Origin: Psammoneis japonica
Taxonomy: Eukaryota
Length of the DNA: 64,000 bases
Assembly: GCA_008632985.1 (NCBI GenBank)
Contig: QPGO01000013.1
Location: 496,001-560,000, forward strand
Direction: 5' to 3'
Each line of letters begins with the position of its first letter. Positions within the stretch are counted from its first letter, which is position 1. Shown piece after piece: positions 1-13,849 of this stretch. The notes beneath the pieces were generated by a model. That model was not told where the DNA came from. It saw nothing but the letters and a program-made list of their open reading frames with translations, and ran no database searches. Made by a program: the position numbers and the translations under genes.

Positions 1-420
1 TCGAAGTGGCGTCATGCGCGAATAAATTTGCGGCAAAATTCTCGCACGCTTCAATAAGCGTGTCAACAACGAGCCAATCAGAATTAGCCACTGAGACGGG
101 CAACTTCACGTTCGTCACCGAACTTTGAAGTCAAGATATTCCATAGAAGAATCCAATCTCAGTATACTTCTATGTAGCCTTGTACGCAAATAAGGGAGTT
201 TAGTTCTCTGGAAAGTGTCAGAGAAGGACTCCATCAATTCCTCGCGGAAATTCTGATTCCCTCGCAAGGCTCTTTCGCCGAGCGCAACCAACACAACACA
301 CAAGATCGGCACACAAAAAAGAAAAAAGACTTCGGTGTGGATTCATTCTTTTCACTTCAACAAACAACACAGCACCCTCTCCTCTCTACTTCTGTAGACA
401 ATAGAAATAGACCATCAACC

Positions 421-734
421 ATGGGTAAGAACAAGAGCAAGGCCGATGACGACATCAAGCTTTCCAAGTAAGTACCAGTGTAGCAGGATCGCGATCTTTT
501 TTGTTCCAAGGAAAGATTTCAGTCGGTCGTTGTTTCATTGGCATTTGTACTCAACCTCTGGTACACGTCTACGTCTCGGTCGCTTTTGTCAACAGGAAGG
601 ACCAAAAGAAGGTTGACAAGTTGACTGCCCAAATCCCATACCATCAAGGGCGTGGCAACACTGAAGAAGTCGAAAAAATCCAGCAGCAGATTGAAGACAT
701 CTGGACAAAAACACGAGAAGCTGCTTACGCCTAA
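421..734 (+). CDS. Small (61 aa) two-exon protein of unknown function; exons 421-467 and 596-734
   Basis: ATG at 421, donor GTAAGT at 468, acceptor AACAG ending at 595. Splicing gives MGKNKSKADDDIKLSKKDQKKVDKLTAQIPYHQGRGNTEEVEKIQQQIEDIWTKTREAAYA*. Confidence 0.8.
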
Positions 735-1579
735 GTGTGTAATACAGTTTTGAAGTTTAGAACGAGCGGAAGAGAGGCCTATTGTATAGATATGTCGAGA
801 CGCTGGACGCGACGGTAGAAGGAGCCTCCTTTTTCGTGTGTACGAGTCGAAATAAATCTCTATAGACTTTTTGGTCGTTTTCGTGAAACACATCATGGCT
901 TTTGCTCTCATCATATATCGTAGTCTATGAACGAATCGCCCGGAACTCTTTCATGTCGCTTTATGATCACGGCTTGGTGTTATGGCCACTCGGGTGCCAC
1001 CGTCTTATACCGTTGTTGTTGTTTTTTTCATCGGCACACCGCCATCGTCATACCGTACATGCATGGTCTTTTCACTTCTTCTGTTCAGTCGAGTCCAACC
1101 AAAGACAGACACGGACACCAAAAAAGTATCTTTCTTTTACACAGACAAATAGACTGTCTGTCGATCGTTCCACTGCTGTCCATCCCAGAGGTTCCACATC
1201 CCCGGAGCTCTCAGCTTTGTTGCTGTCGGCAAAAAGAAAAGAGAGTCATTGTTTTTGGTGGAATTGTTGCTCACCAACCAGCACCAAGACCATCATTCCA
1301 AGGGAACAACTCAGCCAAACAACGGCAGTTGCCGATGTGCTGGCAGCGCTTTTTTTTTGTCAAGAGGGGGGTGCCGCTTCCGTTGTGGAGAATGCGTGCC
1401 ATGTGTTGCCATTTTCTCTGAGTTTTTTGTTGCATGAAATGCCATGCTAAAAGTGATGTGGGGAAGCGACACAAGAAACACACACAAAAAGTGTGGCAGG
1501 GTGGGTGGTGGTTTTGAACCAGCCTCTTTGCAGCTTGCCAATGTGCACAAGGCTTTGCGCAAGCTGCAGGAGGATTTTG

Positions 1580-1930
1580 TTTGCAAGCTGGTTGCAAAAC
1601 TTGTTTGCAAACAAGTGTTTGTGAAATTTCAAGGGCCTCATGTTCATCATGAGACCCCACAAATGCAGAGGGACCCTCCTGCAGAGCTCTGCGCGAATTT
1701 TTGCATGTGGCACTGAAACATGTAGCCTGCATGCGCAAAACTGGCACAGTTTCTATGACAAAAATCCGAAAAAACACCTGGTTCGCGAGACAGCTCTGGC
1801 ACAAAACCTGCGTGAACAGTCCCCATGCATTCAGGCAGAACTCTGCACATTTCCGGGTTGCGGGTCCCTCCGAATTTGTGGGGTCCCATGATGAATGTGG
1901 CTGCAAACTCGCTTGCAAACTGGTTGCAAA
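1580..1930. repeat. Imperfect inverted repeat (possible MITE or TIR remnant)
   Basis: TTCATCATGAGACCCCACAAATGCAGAGGGACCC (~1643-1676) is the near reverse complement of GGGTCCCTCCGAATTTGTGGGGTCCCATGATGAA (~1862-1895). TTGCAAAC-type motifs flank both arms. Confidence 0.6.
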
Positions 1931-4900
1931 CTGAAGAGCTGAAACAGCTTGCAGCTCAGTCAGTGTGCATGAATCGCGGGCATGGCATGATGGTGAGGAG
2001 ACACCCCCCACTTCTTGCCAAGAGAGGTCCTTGCCTCTCTTGCTTCTTGCTGCAGCACTGCAATGAGGTTTCACTTGCTTTCAACTGTGCTGCACTGGCG
2101 TCATTCAAACAATGTGCAGCAAAAAGAGCTCACAAATGTGGTGGCAGAATGTGGCCATTTTGTGCTCTTCATTCTGCAAACTGGTTTGCAAGCTGCAAAG
2201 CAGCTTGTTGGAAGAATCTTTGCAAGCTGCAAAGGCCAGTTTGAACTCCACACTGCAGCTGCGGGGCAGCTCTGTCATTTTTCTCTGCACCAACCTGCTG
2301 CGGGAGGTGGCCTCAAATGTGCCAGCAACCAATTTCTCAATGGAGGGTTCTTCTGCAACCCTCTCCACTCTTGTCATGGGCTGTCTGCTCAGGCAGAGTG
2401 GTCATGAGCACAGTGGAGATGGCTTGCGCAGCTCTTGCAAATCTCCAGCTCCTGCTTTTGTTGGCCCTTTCTCTTGAAGCCTCCTGCTTTGGCATCCCAA
2501 GATCTTCATTTCTGTCTGGCTCTGCCATCAGTGCTGCAGCTGGGGCACTGGGGATGCCCCCCCCATCATTCATGCCTGGATTGCAAGTTCATGGCACGTG
2601 CCTTCTCCCCCCACTGAAACACAACTCTTTGTTCTGTTTGCAGGTGACAGCATTTCTGCACTGGGAAAAGACAGCTTTCAGCTGTTCTTCTGGAGCTTGC
2701 AAGAACCATGCTGTCAGATTTGTCATCATCATCTTGTGCTCTGCCAGCAGCAGTTTCCTGGGGATGAGTCTCCAATCCAGAGGCTCTGATCCAGAGGATC
2801 CTGCTGATCCTGATGTCCCTCCATTGCACAACACGTGCACCATGCTCCTCCTCTCTGATGAGGATTTTTGCCCCACCTCCTGTGTGTGTGTGTGCTCACC
2901 CGCCATTGTGCCAGCAGGGTCCTGCTTGTTTTTGCATCTCTGCACAGACAGAGTGCAGGGTCTGCTGACTTTGTCAGCTGGGAAGCAAGGGTCACACAAA
3001 AGGAGCATGCCAAAAAATGGTGCCTTCTTTTGACAAAGCCTCCAATGGCATCTGCTTTGATGCAGCTGAGGAGAGGCCATGTGAATTGCTCTCAAGAAGT
3101 GCCCCCTTTCTGGAACATCTGTTGCAATTTTGTTGTGAAGCAGGACACTGACAACAAAGCAATGGAAGGAAGGCCCCAAGTGCTGCAGAGCCCTGCCCTC
3201 TCATGTCTGCAATTTTGCCAAGGCTTTGCAGATGATCTGGCTGTGGAGCCAGCACCTCATGACAAGCCTGCTGGAACTTGTCTCTCCAACCAAATCCAGA
3301 AGATGTTGGTCTTCTTGCACGCTTCTGCCAGAGGCACCCAGCAGCCTTTCTGCTGCACAATGCCTCCTGGCGGCAATGTCTGCTTTCTGGACAAGGCAGG
3401 TGGCAGCCTGCATTTGTTTGCAGGCAGCCAAGAGATTGCAGATGGCAAGTGAGGTCAATGCAGGTCCAACCACAAGGAATCACATCAGATTTCTGCTTTT
3501 GTCTTTTGAGTTGCTTGTGCAGAGCTGGCAGCATTTGTGTTGTTCCAAGAGGTGCAGAGCTGCTCATGTGCTCCTTGTTCTCAAAAGAGAAGAGCTTGGC
3601 TCACATGCTCCTCATCCAGAACAAGAAGAGAGCGCAGAAAAAGCTGCAGACAGAGGGGCACAATGGGAGCATGATTGCTGCTTCTTTGGCAACAACATCA
3701 ACACAGGCACAGCTTTTCTCCTGGTGGCCGTGTTTGTTGGCTGTTCTGTGCACTGTGACTGGCGGGAAAGTTGAGCCCTGAAAATCAGCAAGGGATTCTT
3801 GCTGCTTTTGCACAGGAATGAATGTCACTGGCTGCAGTCATTGTGGTGGCATTTGCTGTTTTTGTGTGGCTGAGTGACTGTTGAGTCATGCTCAATGATG
3901 AGTGAAAAAGCAAAAGCTCAGCAAATGACTGTAGCTTGCACCCAGAAACATGACTTGCTGTTGTGTCTGCAATTTTTGCAGTGACACATTTTGTTTTCAT
4001 GGTTGAGTGTGTGCTTGGCTGCACTCAATGGGCACAAAAGTAAAACTCAGTGAGGGTTTGTCTTGCCTGTGTTCAGGAACACATGTGTTGCAGCACAATC
4101 TTCAAACCAACACATTTTGTTTTTGCAGTGTCAAGCAAGTGTTCAATCATGCTCAAGAGATGCACAACAAAAGATTGTGATGCACAGATGTGGTCATGTT
4201 GTGCACTGCTGGATTGCACCTGCCAGAGACAGCTTTGTGAAAAGACAATGCAAGTTCTTAGAAGCAGAGGCTTTTGTGTGTGCAAAGCAAGACAGCAGAT
4301 CAACTTTGCACTTGCTGCATTTTGTTCAATGACGCGGTGGTTGCAGCCAAGTGGTGGGAGCAGAAGGAACAAAACATGGGCAGGGAGGGGCATGTGCATG
4401 CTTGGTTTGCAGATGAGAGCACATTTGCTCTCTGGTGCTGGCTGGGCAAATTAGAAAAATTTGGCCAACAGCAGCTTTGTCTGAGGGTTTCTGCTTTGGT
4501 GGAGCCTGCTTGAGCTTCTGTGAGTGCACCAGCATTGATGCATCCAAGAAGCTGGAGGATGACAGCAGCCCATTGCATGTGGGTGGTTGGCAAGCTCATG
4601 GTGCCAGGAGTGTTGGCACCAGCAAAGTGCTCAGCTGTGGGACACAGGGAAAATCACACTGCGGTGGCCTGTGGCTCAAAACCAGGGTTGGAGCAAGGGG
4701 CAGATCAACAAATGTGGCAAGGAGCTGCTCAGATGAGTGCACAGCCACCAGGCTGCACAAACAGCACTGACATCTGGTTGATGCCAGCAAAAAATGCCTT
4801 GTCGCTCATGCAAGCTTCCTGCAGTGGAAAGTGTTTCAAGCAAAAACACACACCACATGTGCACAGCTGATGCTCACTCTGCTCAGCATCTGCTTGGGCA

Positions 4901-6977
4901 CAGCAGATGCACTGGCACAATTGTGTGTTGCTGGCTGCAAGCAAAGCCGCACTGCAGCAGGGGTTGTGCATTCTCAACTGCCTCCCAAAGTCATGCCAAG
5001 TGTGTGCCAAGACTTTGTGCACAAAGCTTTGCATCATGCAGCACTTGCTGAGTGCCAAAATGAGCTTGATGTGAGCCCTTTCTTGTTTTCGTGGACAGAC
5101 AACTTCATGCACACATGTGTGAGGTGCAAGCATGCAACTCAACTCATGTGGTTGAAAATTTTAAGCTTGCAGCAAAATGGCCTGCTGACTCAGAAATGGG
5201 CTCACAGTTCTCATCAACAGCAATTTTTGCAGCTGGTGTCTTTGTGCTCATCAACAAATTTGGTGGGCAGGGCACTGTGACATCACTCCTGCAAGTGTGC
5301 AGAGAAACCCTGCCAACTGCCAAAATCAACAGTGCCACTGCCCAGCAACAGTGCTTGCCAAGCTGCCTGCAACTGTGACTCCACCCTTGGAGTGAGAAAA
5401 AAAGCTTGCCAAGTTCATGGCCAAATTCAGCCAAATGATGCAGAGTGGCTGTGACCCTCAAAACAAAGACCTGCAAGGAGCAAGTGCAGTCCTTGGGCAA
5501 AATCCACACCAGAGTGTGCACACCCAGCTGTGACCAGGAACATGTTGTTTTCAATCACTCTCAGCTCAGGGCACAGAGCTGGGTGAAGATGGCCCATGGA
5601 GTGGCACACTCTCAGCAGCAGCTGGTGCCGAGCGGAGATGCCATGTTGAGCACTGCATGCCACACCAAGCAAAAATGTGCCCAGGACAGAAAGCAGGCTT
5701 GTCTGGCTGAACAACAAATGAGAGAACTCCAAGCTCAAAGAGTGCCAGCACACCACACAAGGCTGTTGGCACTTGTGTCAAACAGGGGTGAAAGACCAAA
5801 CATGAAGCTGACACTGTCATGCAGACCCTGCCAGGCTTTTCTGCACAGCTGCACATGCAAGACAATGCACTGACAAATTGAGCCCTGTCAATGGCAAGAT
5901 GTCTGGCACTCTGTGGCCATTGTCATGGGGGAGCAAGCTGTGGCATGCACTGCACTGATCACTGACAGATGCCAGCAAACATCTTTTGATGCAAGCTTTC
6001 TGCAGCAGAAACAAAGACACATCACATGTGTGTTTGCATTGCATGTGAGCACATCACCTGCAGCCAGCAGTGCTCATTCTGCTTGGTGCAAATGCGTGTT
6101 GGTGCAATTGTGTGCAAGCCATGAGTGAGCCCACACTGTGCAAGATTGAAGCTGCACCAACTGCACATCTTTCAGTGCTTGCTGTGTCCCAAAATGAACT
6201 TTGAGTGGTGAGACCATTCTCCATTTGTGGATCATGGAGAAGCTCATGAGCACAGGCAAAGCAAGTGCACAGTTCATGCCCTGGTGGCTCAACATTTCCC
6301 AGTGCAAACTGTGCTGAGAAGTGGCCTCACACAGCCACCACCAACAGCAATCTTTGCACCCCTGCCATCTGTGTGTGAGCTCAGTGCACAAGGCAGCAGC
6401 TTCAAAGGAGAACAGCAAAGAAAAGGAAGTGAGGGGTGACACAGCAAAGAAGCAAGAGGAGGGCTGGGGTGGCAGCCGCAAGAAGCACACTCTTGATGAT
6501 TGTGCAAATGCAGCTGGGTCACATGGCTGCAACACAATTTGGGGTGATGCAGCACCCAAAAGGCTGGGAAGGAGGGCACATTTGAGCTTTGCACTGTGGC
6601 TGAGATGCAGCAGCAACAGGGCTGTGGTGCTCCATGTGGGAGTGGAGCTGCAGCAGCAAACAGCAAATCAAGCAAAGCTGCTCTTTTGAGCAACAAACAC
6701 AGAGCACACTTGAGTGCTGCCTTGCTTTCCCAGCTTCTGGCAAGAAGTTGCTTGTTGGTTCTTGTCCAAAACATTTTGGAGAAAAGCCAACATTTTTGTT
6801 TTCAAAGTTTCCAGCCACAGCACTCAGAGCTGCAAAACCTGTTGTTTTTCATCATTTGAAGAAGCTCCCAGCTCCTGTCAGACAGGCAGACCTCAATCAG
6901 GGAGGTCCTGCCTGCCCAGATGTGGCTGGCAAAAAAAGAAAAGAGCAGGGTGTTGGATGTCATTTCCAAAGCTCTGA

Positions 6978-7230
6978 GTGTTGGAGTTTCATGGCTTGTC
7001 AGCCAGTGTGCACTCAGTCTTGCCAACCCCGAACCCACCTCGTGGCTCACAAGCACATTCCGAGTGGTGCCGTCAACTGCTGTTGCCATGTTGGCTGGGT
7101 GCAAAAGCCAAAAAGTGAGCACAAGACCCACAACTTGATCTGAGTTGTGAACAGAAATTTGCTGCATTGTCCACAATTGTCAGCACATCTTCTGCTGTGA
7201 CTTTGTCCATCTGTCCTGTGAAAGCCACCT
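6978..7230 (-). repeat. Diverged repeat copy A of a degenerate coding sequence (copy B at ~10095-10450)
   Basis: Shares TTGGAGTTTCATGGCT, CTCAGTCTTGCCAACCCC and AAGTGAGCACAAGACCCACAACT with copy B. Minus-strand translations align (IKLWVLCSLF vs IELWVLCSLL). Confidence 0.75.
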
Positions 7231-10094
7231 CCAGTGCCAATGTTCCAACACACTCCTTCACACAAAGAGCCGTCAATTGAAAAATGCCATGTGCACATCA
7301 AGCACAGGAGGATGACACTTGGACTCCATGCCACCCAATGCCACATTGGCTGTTCCACCAATTCCTGTGGTCCACATCATCCAACTCTGCCAATGAACAA
7401 TCATTTTCAAGGTGGTTCTTCCTCACATGTCCAACTTTGTTTCATTTCCAGCATCCAATCTGCTTCTTCTCTTTCTTTTCAAAACTTGTGCCATCAGGTT
7501 TCTTCTTGGTCCCACAGGTGTCCAACACCTGCAGTGCCTCCTTGGCTGAATCATGGGTGCACAAGCAAACAGCTGCGCAGGCCCAATTGACATCAGATCA
7601 GTTGCCAGCTGCCCCCCTCTTTCCAGTGCAGCTGCACATTGGCAGCAGGGGCTTCAAGTTTTTGCATGCTAAATTTTGCAGTTCAGAGCATTTTGGAATT
7701 TTGGATTTTTCTGAACACCACAACACACAACAACACTTGAACAACAAGCATCAATGCTGCCATCAACGGGACAATGGAACAGATGCAGGCACCATCGGAG
7801 CTGCTTCATTTTGTCAGTGAACTCATTGCAGTGCAATGGCACCTTGCACCCAGGCTGCAACCAATGACACAAAAAAGAAGGCAAAGAAGGCCTGCATTTG
7901 CAGCTGGGGCGACAAGTGCAATGCAACACATTCCATGTGCTTGGCATCCAACAAGCACAACATGACCTGCCTTGTGAAAATTGTGGAGAGATGAGAACAG
8001 TCCACTGCAATGTTGCACTGAAAATCACTTCAACTTGAGCAGAGATTGCAGGAAAAAGCACAAAGTGTTGGCTCATCACTGCCTGCCAGAGCTTGCAGGA
8101 AGCTGAGGAAGGAGCAAACCAGTTGATTGAAGACAGGGTCTCAAAAGACTTTCTTTGCTCTCATGCATGGAAGCAGCTTCACAATGGAGAAGACAGCAAA
8201 GCAGTGACTGCTGACAACTCCACCCATGATCAGGATGAGAGTGTGTCTGTCCCTGAGATTGTTGACAGCACGGTCAACAAAACATCAGTGCACCACACAT
8301 TTCTGGCAGGGCCCTGCCTTGTGGCAACACAGGGCACAGCAAAGGCTGGGTTTTGTTGCAACCTGTGTGTTTCAAGATCACTTGGCTGCACATTGTTAAA
8401 ATTTGCCATCTTTGAATCTGTCATCTGAGCTCAATTTTGCAAATCATGCAGTTCCTCCTCCACAAGCCACCATGTGCTGCTTGTTCTGTCCAGAATCCCC
8501 TGTTTAACTGCCGCTCCACAGGCCCACTTTCTGACAGCTCCACAAGAATGAAGTTGGTGGCAACAATGTGATGCAAGCATTGGCTGCAACACAAAGGACA
8601 CCACAGAAAAGAGATGATTGGAAAAACATCCACATGAGTGTCAGCCACTCAATGTGGATGCAGCCAATTGTGGTGATCTCTTTTCAACCATCAATCAACT
8701 GAATTCACACAAAGCAATTGTCCCCCATGACGAACCAGAAAGTCTGATCACAACAACCCAAAAGAGACCTTGTGAGGTGTGTGATCACTCATGATGGTCC
8801 ACAGCACAAGGTGCAAGGTGCTCTTTTTGTCCAACATCATCACATGCTCCTCCAGAAGATGCGTGTGATGCTCCTCACAAACACAGCCATTGTGCAACAT
8901 TGTGGAGGGATTGTTTGAGCAGCTGTGGACTCACTTTCTTGATGGGTTCTTGAGAGGTTGCCAACAACTCCTTCCCCTCCTCCTGCCAAGCATCTTCTGA
9001 CTGAGCAACTTTGGCTTAGAGTGTTTCTCCAAAAAGAAGAAAGCATGGATTTGAGGCTCTGAGTGTGTGACACAAAAGGCTTGCTGAGCTTGAGCATTGC
9101 ATTGACATGAGTGGCAGATCAAGCTAAAGCTGATGAGAACAAGAGGAGCAAGACAAGAAAGCAGACACACGCCATTGCAACATGCCTTGCAATGCATGGG
9201 CAGCACCAACAACACCAACAGATGATGATTTTTGAAAAGATGCAACAAGGTGCAAGGTGCAGATTTGGATCCATGGGTTGAAAAAGCCCCCCCCCTCCCC
9301 TCAAAATTTAGCACACAGCAAGTTGAAGACTCCGCAGATGCTGTGGGATTGCACTGCAAGTGGGAGGCTGGCCAGCAACCAATGTGATGCTGATTGAACA
9401 TGGCCCATCTGTCCTGTTGTCAATTGTGCACCCATGGGCTGAATTGGTGCAAATGTCACCCCCCAGTGTGAACTGGCAATGCAGGTGACATTCCAACATT
9501 CCTTGGCACCTTCCACTGGCATCACTGCTGACAGCTGGCTCCTTTCTTTGTTCTGGGTGTCATTGGCATCTTTGCTGAACCCATCTTCTTTCCAGTCAAT
9601 TTCTTCTGTGATCATGATCCTGCCATGGGACATTTCTGCCGCTTCAACTGCACTCACAAACTGACCAAAACAATCTTGAAGCACTGCTCCTTTGTCTTGA
9701 CAAATGAGTGCCAACTGTTTCCAAACTTTGACTGCCTGGATGTGTGGGTTTGTCTTCTAATTTGCATCAAACAAAATTGACTTGAGAACATCCACCAGTG
9801 CTGCCATGTCCCACTCCTTCATGACTCTTGCAAACTTTGCTGCTGGTCCTTCAATTTTTTGATGAACAGCCTTCACACATGATTGTCCCACAATTGTGTT
9901 GAATGACCTCACCTTCTCACCTGCATCTCTGGCCCAAACATTCTTCCAACACACACTTGCCAATCTTCCTCATGGTTTTGATGCAACCATCTGCTTGTCA
10001 CCCCAACTCAGCAATGGTGTCACACACACACTCCTTTAGATCTTCCGTGCTTCCATGCTCAGCTGTGTCCTTGCCCACATTTTTGGGAACTTGT

Positions 10095-10450
10095 GTTGGA
10101 GTTTCATGGCTTGCAGACAGCTGTGCGCTCAGTCTTGCCAACCCCAACACAACCTCACTGTGTGCCCTCTTTCAGCAGACCCTTTTTGGCTTCTGTGTTG
10201 GAGCTTCATGGCTCACCAGCAACAAGTGCATGTTCAGCCTTGCCAACCCCAAACTCGCTGTGTGGCTTGCAAACATGTTCCTCAATGCTGTTGTCTGTTG
10301 CTGCAATGTCAGCCAGGTGCAGAAGCTGAGAAGTGAGCACAAGACCCACAACTCAATCCCAGCTGTGAAGGTAAATTCACCACACAGTCCACAATCATTG
10401 GCGCATCTTCCGCCGCAGCTTTGTCTGTCTGCCCTGTCAAAACCATCTCT
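10095..10450 (-). repeat. Diverged repeat copy B, with a short internal duplication of one end
   Basis: Aligns to 6978-7230. The TTGGAG.TTCATGGCT...CTTGCCAACCCC block occurs twice (~10096 and ~10198). Confidence 0.75.
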
Positions 10451-13400
10451 CTGACCACAATGTTCCATCACTGAGACTCTCTCTGATGCTCTTGCAGAGC
10501 AGCTCCATGTGCAACAAAATGAGCAGTGCAGTGGATCTGCTTGGCTGCTTTCAAGCATTTTGCAAAAGTCAAATCCAGTGCAGCCAGATCTGCTTCTGCA
10601 CATTTGAGCCACTTGAGTCATTTTAGTCTGTCATCAGCATCCTTGAATGGCATCACTGCAAATCTCATCAGCACACCAGCTTGTCTTCAGGAGGGGAGGT
10701 TCTCCATGGTGCAAAAATGAGACCACATTTTGGACCCTCATTGTGCCAAATTTTTTGATGACTGCTCATGTCAGTCAGCTTTTTCACAAGCCATCACATG
10801 CACCATCTTCATTTCTGAGCAGAAAAACATGTGCAGTGTTTCCTTTTCCAAGACCCCTCACACAGCACAGTTTTTTCAGGTGCTCTGCTGCCTTTTTTTG
10901 AAGCATGCAATGCCTCACCTCAGAGCAGCACACCAACACAATGGCACTCCTCAGCTTCTTCCTGGAGTTGGCTTTTTTGGTGGACCCACTCAAATTCTCT
11001 GGAAAATCTTTAGGAGTTGAGCTCACTCTCCTCTCAGGCGCCCCTGCCAGCATTGGTGAAAGGGGCATGTTGTGTGGGGAGACATCGGCACTTCTCAGAG
11101 TTTCCGCCATCAGTGCCAGACAACAGCACAGCCTCTGGTTGCCACATGACTCTTGTTTGTTGGAGCTGGTGCCAAGAATGAGGGATGATGACATCACAAC
11201 CTTTTGGCACAACATTTGCAGCCAGCTGACATCATCAGCAAAGTGTGAGAGGGCTGCTCTCCTTTCACATGCTGGTGCATCTCCCCCTGATGCTCAGCTT
11301 TGCACTGCTGTTCTCTTGGCAGAGCCTCCGCCTCCCATCAATCCTCAAAATTGTTGTGCCTGCTGTTCATCAAAACAGTTGGACAAATGTCCAAACCAGT
11401 TGCTCTGCCTCAGCCACCAGCATCATCTGTTTGTCACATTTGACGGCCGGCTCTGTTTGTTTGTTCAAGAGAGAGAGAGAAAGAGAGAGAGACATCTGAG
11501 ACACTCCACTTCTTGTGAAAAGCTGGAAATTTTCCAGTTGTTGGGGGAGCTGCCCAGAACACGTGCACATGAGAAATTCACAGGCACGCTGTCACCCAGA
11601 GGTGTGGCATGAATGACAGACAGGGAAATGCAGCAGAAGTGGGCCATGCAGGCAAGAAACCAATGGGTTTTGGGCAGGGAGCAGGCAGCAAGTTGGGTGT
11701 GTGGTTTCACAGAGCACTGGATGAGTTGATTGGCAAGAAGGGACTTGATGATGACCAGGTTGAGGCTCTGAAGGTCCCATTGCACCAGAGCAGCAGTGCC
11801 AGCAGGAGAGGCCAAAATGGGCTGATGCAGTGTTGGACCAGGTGGCTGTTGCAGCGGGGAACATGCCTCCTCACAGAGAGAGTTGAGCACTGGTGTGGGT
11901 GGTGCAGGCAGATGGATGAAGAAAGGAAGATTCCAAAGTCCAGGTTGGGGCAGGGTGGTCTCAGTTGGCTCCAAAAAGGAGACAGTGAGCAAAGCAGCCA
12001 GGCATGGCAAAAGGGACCAGATGCCCGTGCACTCACAGAGGAGATGACAGTCTTGCTGTGTTGTGTCATTTGTGAGTGCCATGGAGTTTCTGCTTGGTGC
12101 TTGCATGGTTTCCCTTGGTGAAAGGGTTGCGCCAGGGGGTGGGCAAGCCAGGAGCTGAAAGAGGAGGTGGCTTGGGAACCACAACATGGATTGCAAGGCA
12201 AGTGTGGCAGAGAGGGGATGCAGCAGATGAAGCAGGAGTGAGCTTGACACCCACATTGGCTGGGCAGAATGAGGTTGGTGGGCTCATGGTGGACAGCAGA
12301 AAGGAATTTCTGCAGGTGCCCAACATGGGACAGGGGGGCAACAGTTTGCAAGATGGCAGAGGTGCCATTGTAGATGGCACATTGGAAATGGTGGTCTTGT
12401 GTCCCACAAGGAGTGGCGGCAGAAAGCATGATTGCTGCATGGGCCAGCATTGCCATTGCAAGAGGGTGGGCACATGAAATTGCATCGTGTTGGAGGAGAT
12501 GGGCAGATGAAGCTTTTGATGCAACACAAGGCAAAAAACATCAGGCATTGGGATGGAAGGGACAAAGCAAGGAAGTGGAGAGAGGGCAGAGCCATGGCAA
12601 CATGTGGCAGGCTGTGATGCTGCTGGTGGTCAAGCTGTCAAAGGAAGTGAACATGGTGGCGGCAGAGGGCATGCAACAAATTCTTGAGTGAAGTGGCTTT
12701 GACCAAGGCAGATGGAGAGGGAGGCAGAGGGTTGGGGGAGGGAAGAATTGTGGCTCCACAGTGGCGGAAGACTTGGCACAAACAATGCAGTGATTGGTGG
12801 CAGGCTGCCCAGGTGGTGTGCAGGGAGCATGCAAAGAGGGGGGTGGGGGGTGGGGGGGGTGGCAAGCCCTTGTGTGGCCCATGGCAAAAGGAGCGGGAGT
12901 GGTGCTGGCAGCAATGGATTGGTGCCCTGTTCCACCAGCTGTGGCTGGAACATGTGACAGGAGAATCAGCATGGAGGAAGGGAGCATGGCGAGGTGGCAA
13001 GGTGCATGGAGATGTGCATCACAGCACTGCTGTGCCATGTCTTGGAACAAAGGGATCCTCCAGAAAGCTCAAAGAAAGCAGCAGTGGCTGGCAGCAATCT
13101 CTGCAGATTGGGTTGGGTGACCTGCTGTTGGGTGGAGGAAAGACAGAGTTTGTTGTGGGGTGGCGGTGCTGAGCTCTGGCAAGTGCAGAAGGGGGGAGCT
13201 GGTGATGGAGAGGCAAGGACAGCATTCTTGTCTGGGCTGAAGCAAATGCAGCAATGGAGATGGCTGAGGGCAGTCAACCAATCAAGAAACCATGTGCACT
13301 GTGCTCAAAGAACGAGCACAAACAAAAGTGGAGTCAAGTGTGAAAAGTGAAAATTATGAGATTAAATTTTGCTCTATGATTTTTGGTTTCTCCGAACGAG

Positions 13401-13663
13401 TTCTCAATGGCCTAAAGCTTCTGTGCTGCTTCCACAGACAAAAGGCCTTTCGGAGAACATGTTCGTGACAACAGATTGTCCGGATGCGATTGCTGTTGAC
13501 ACGTGAGATGTCAACATCGTCAATCAATCGCATTTGCAATTTTCGACATCCGATCAACTCTGTGTGATCGTTCTGTCCTTTGCACGCATCCACGACTGTG
13601 GTGCGATTGACACATGAACAATGTGTGATTGTGAACATGCACACAACAGTTGCATGCTGCACA

Positions 13664-13846
13664 NNNNNNNNNNNNNNNNNNNNNNNNNNNNNNNNNNNNN
13701 NNNNNNNNNNNNNNNNNNNNNNNNNNNNNNNNNNNNNNNNNNNNNNNNNNNNNNNNNNNNNNNNNNNNNNNNNNNNNNNNNNNNNNNNNNNNNNNNNNNN
13801 NNNNNNNNNNNNNNNNNNNNNNNNNNNNNNNNNNNNNNNNNNNNNN
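13664..13846. other. Assembly gap (183 N)
   Basis: Run of N. Confidence 0.99.
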
Positions 13847-13849
13847 CCC

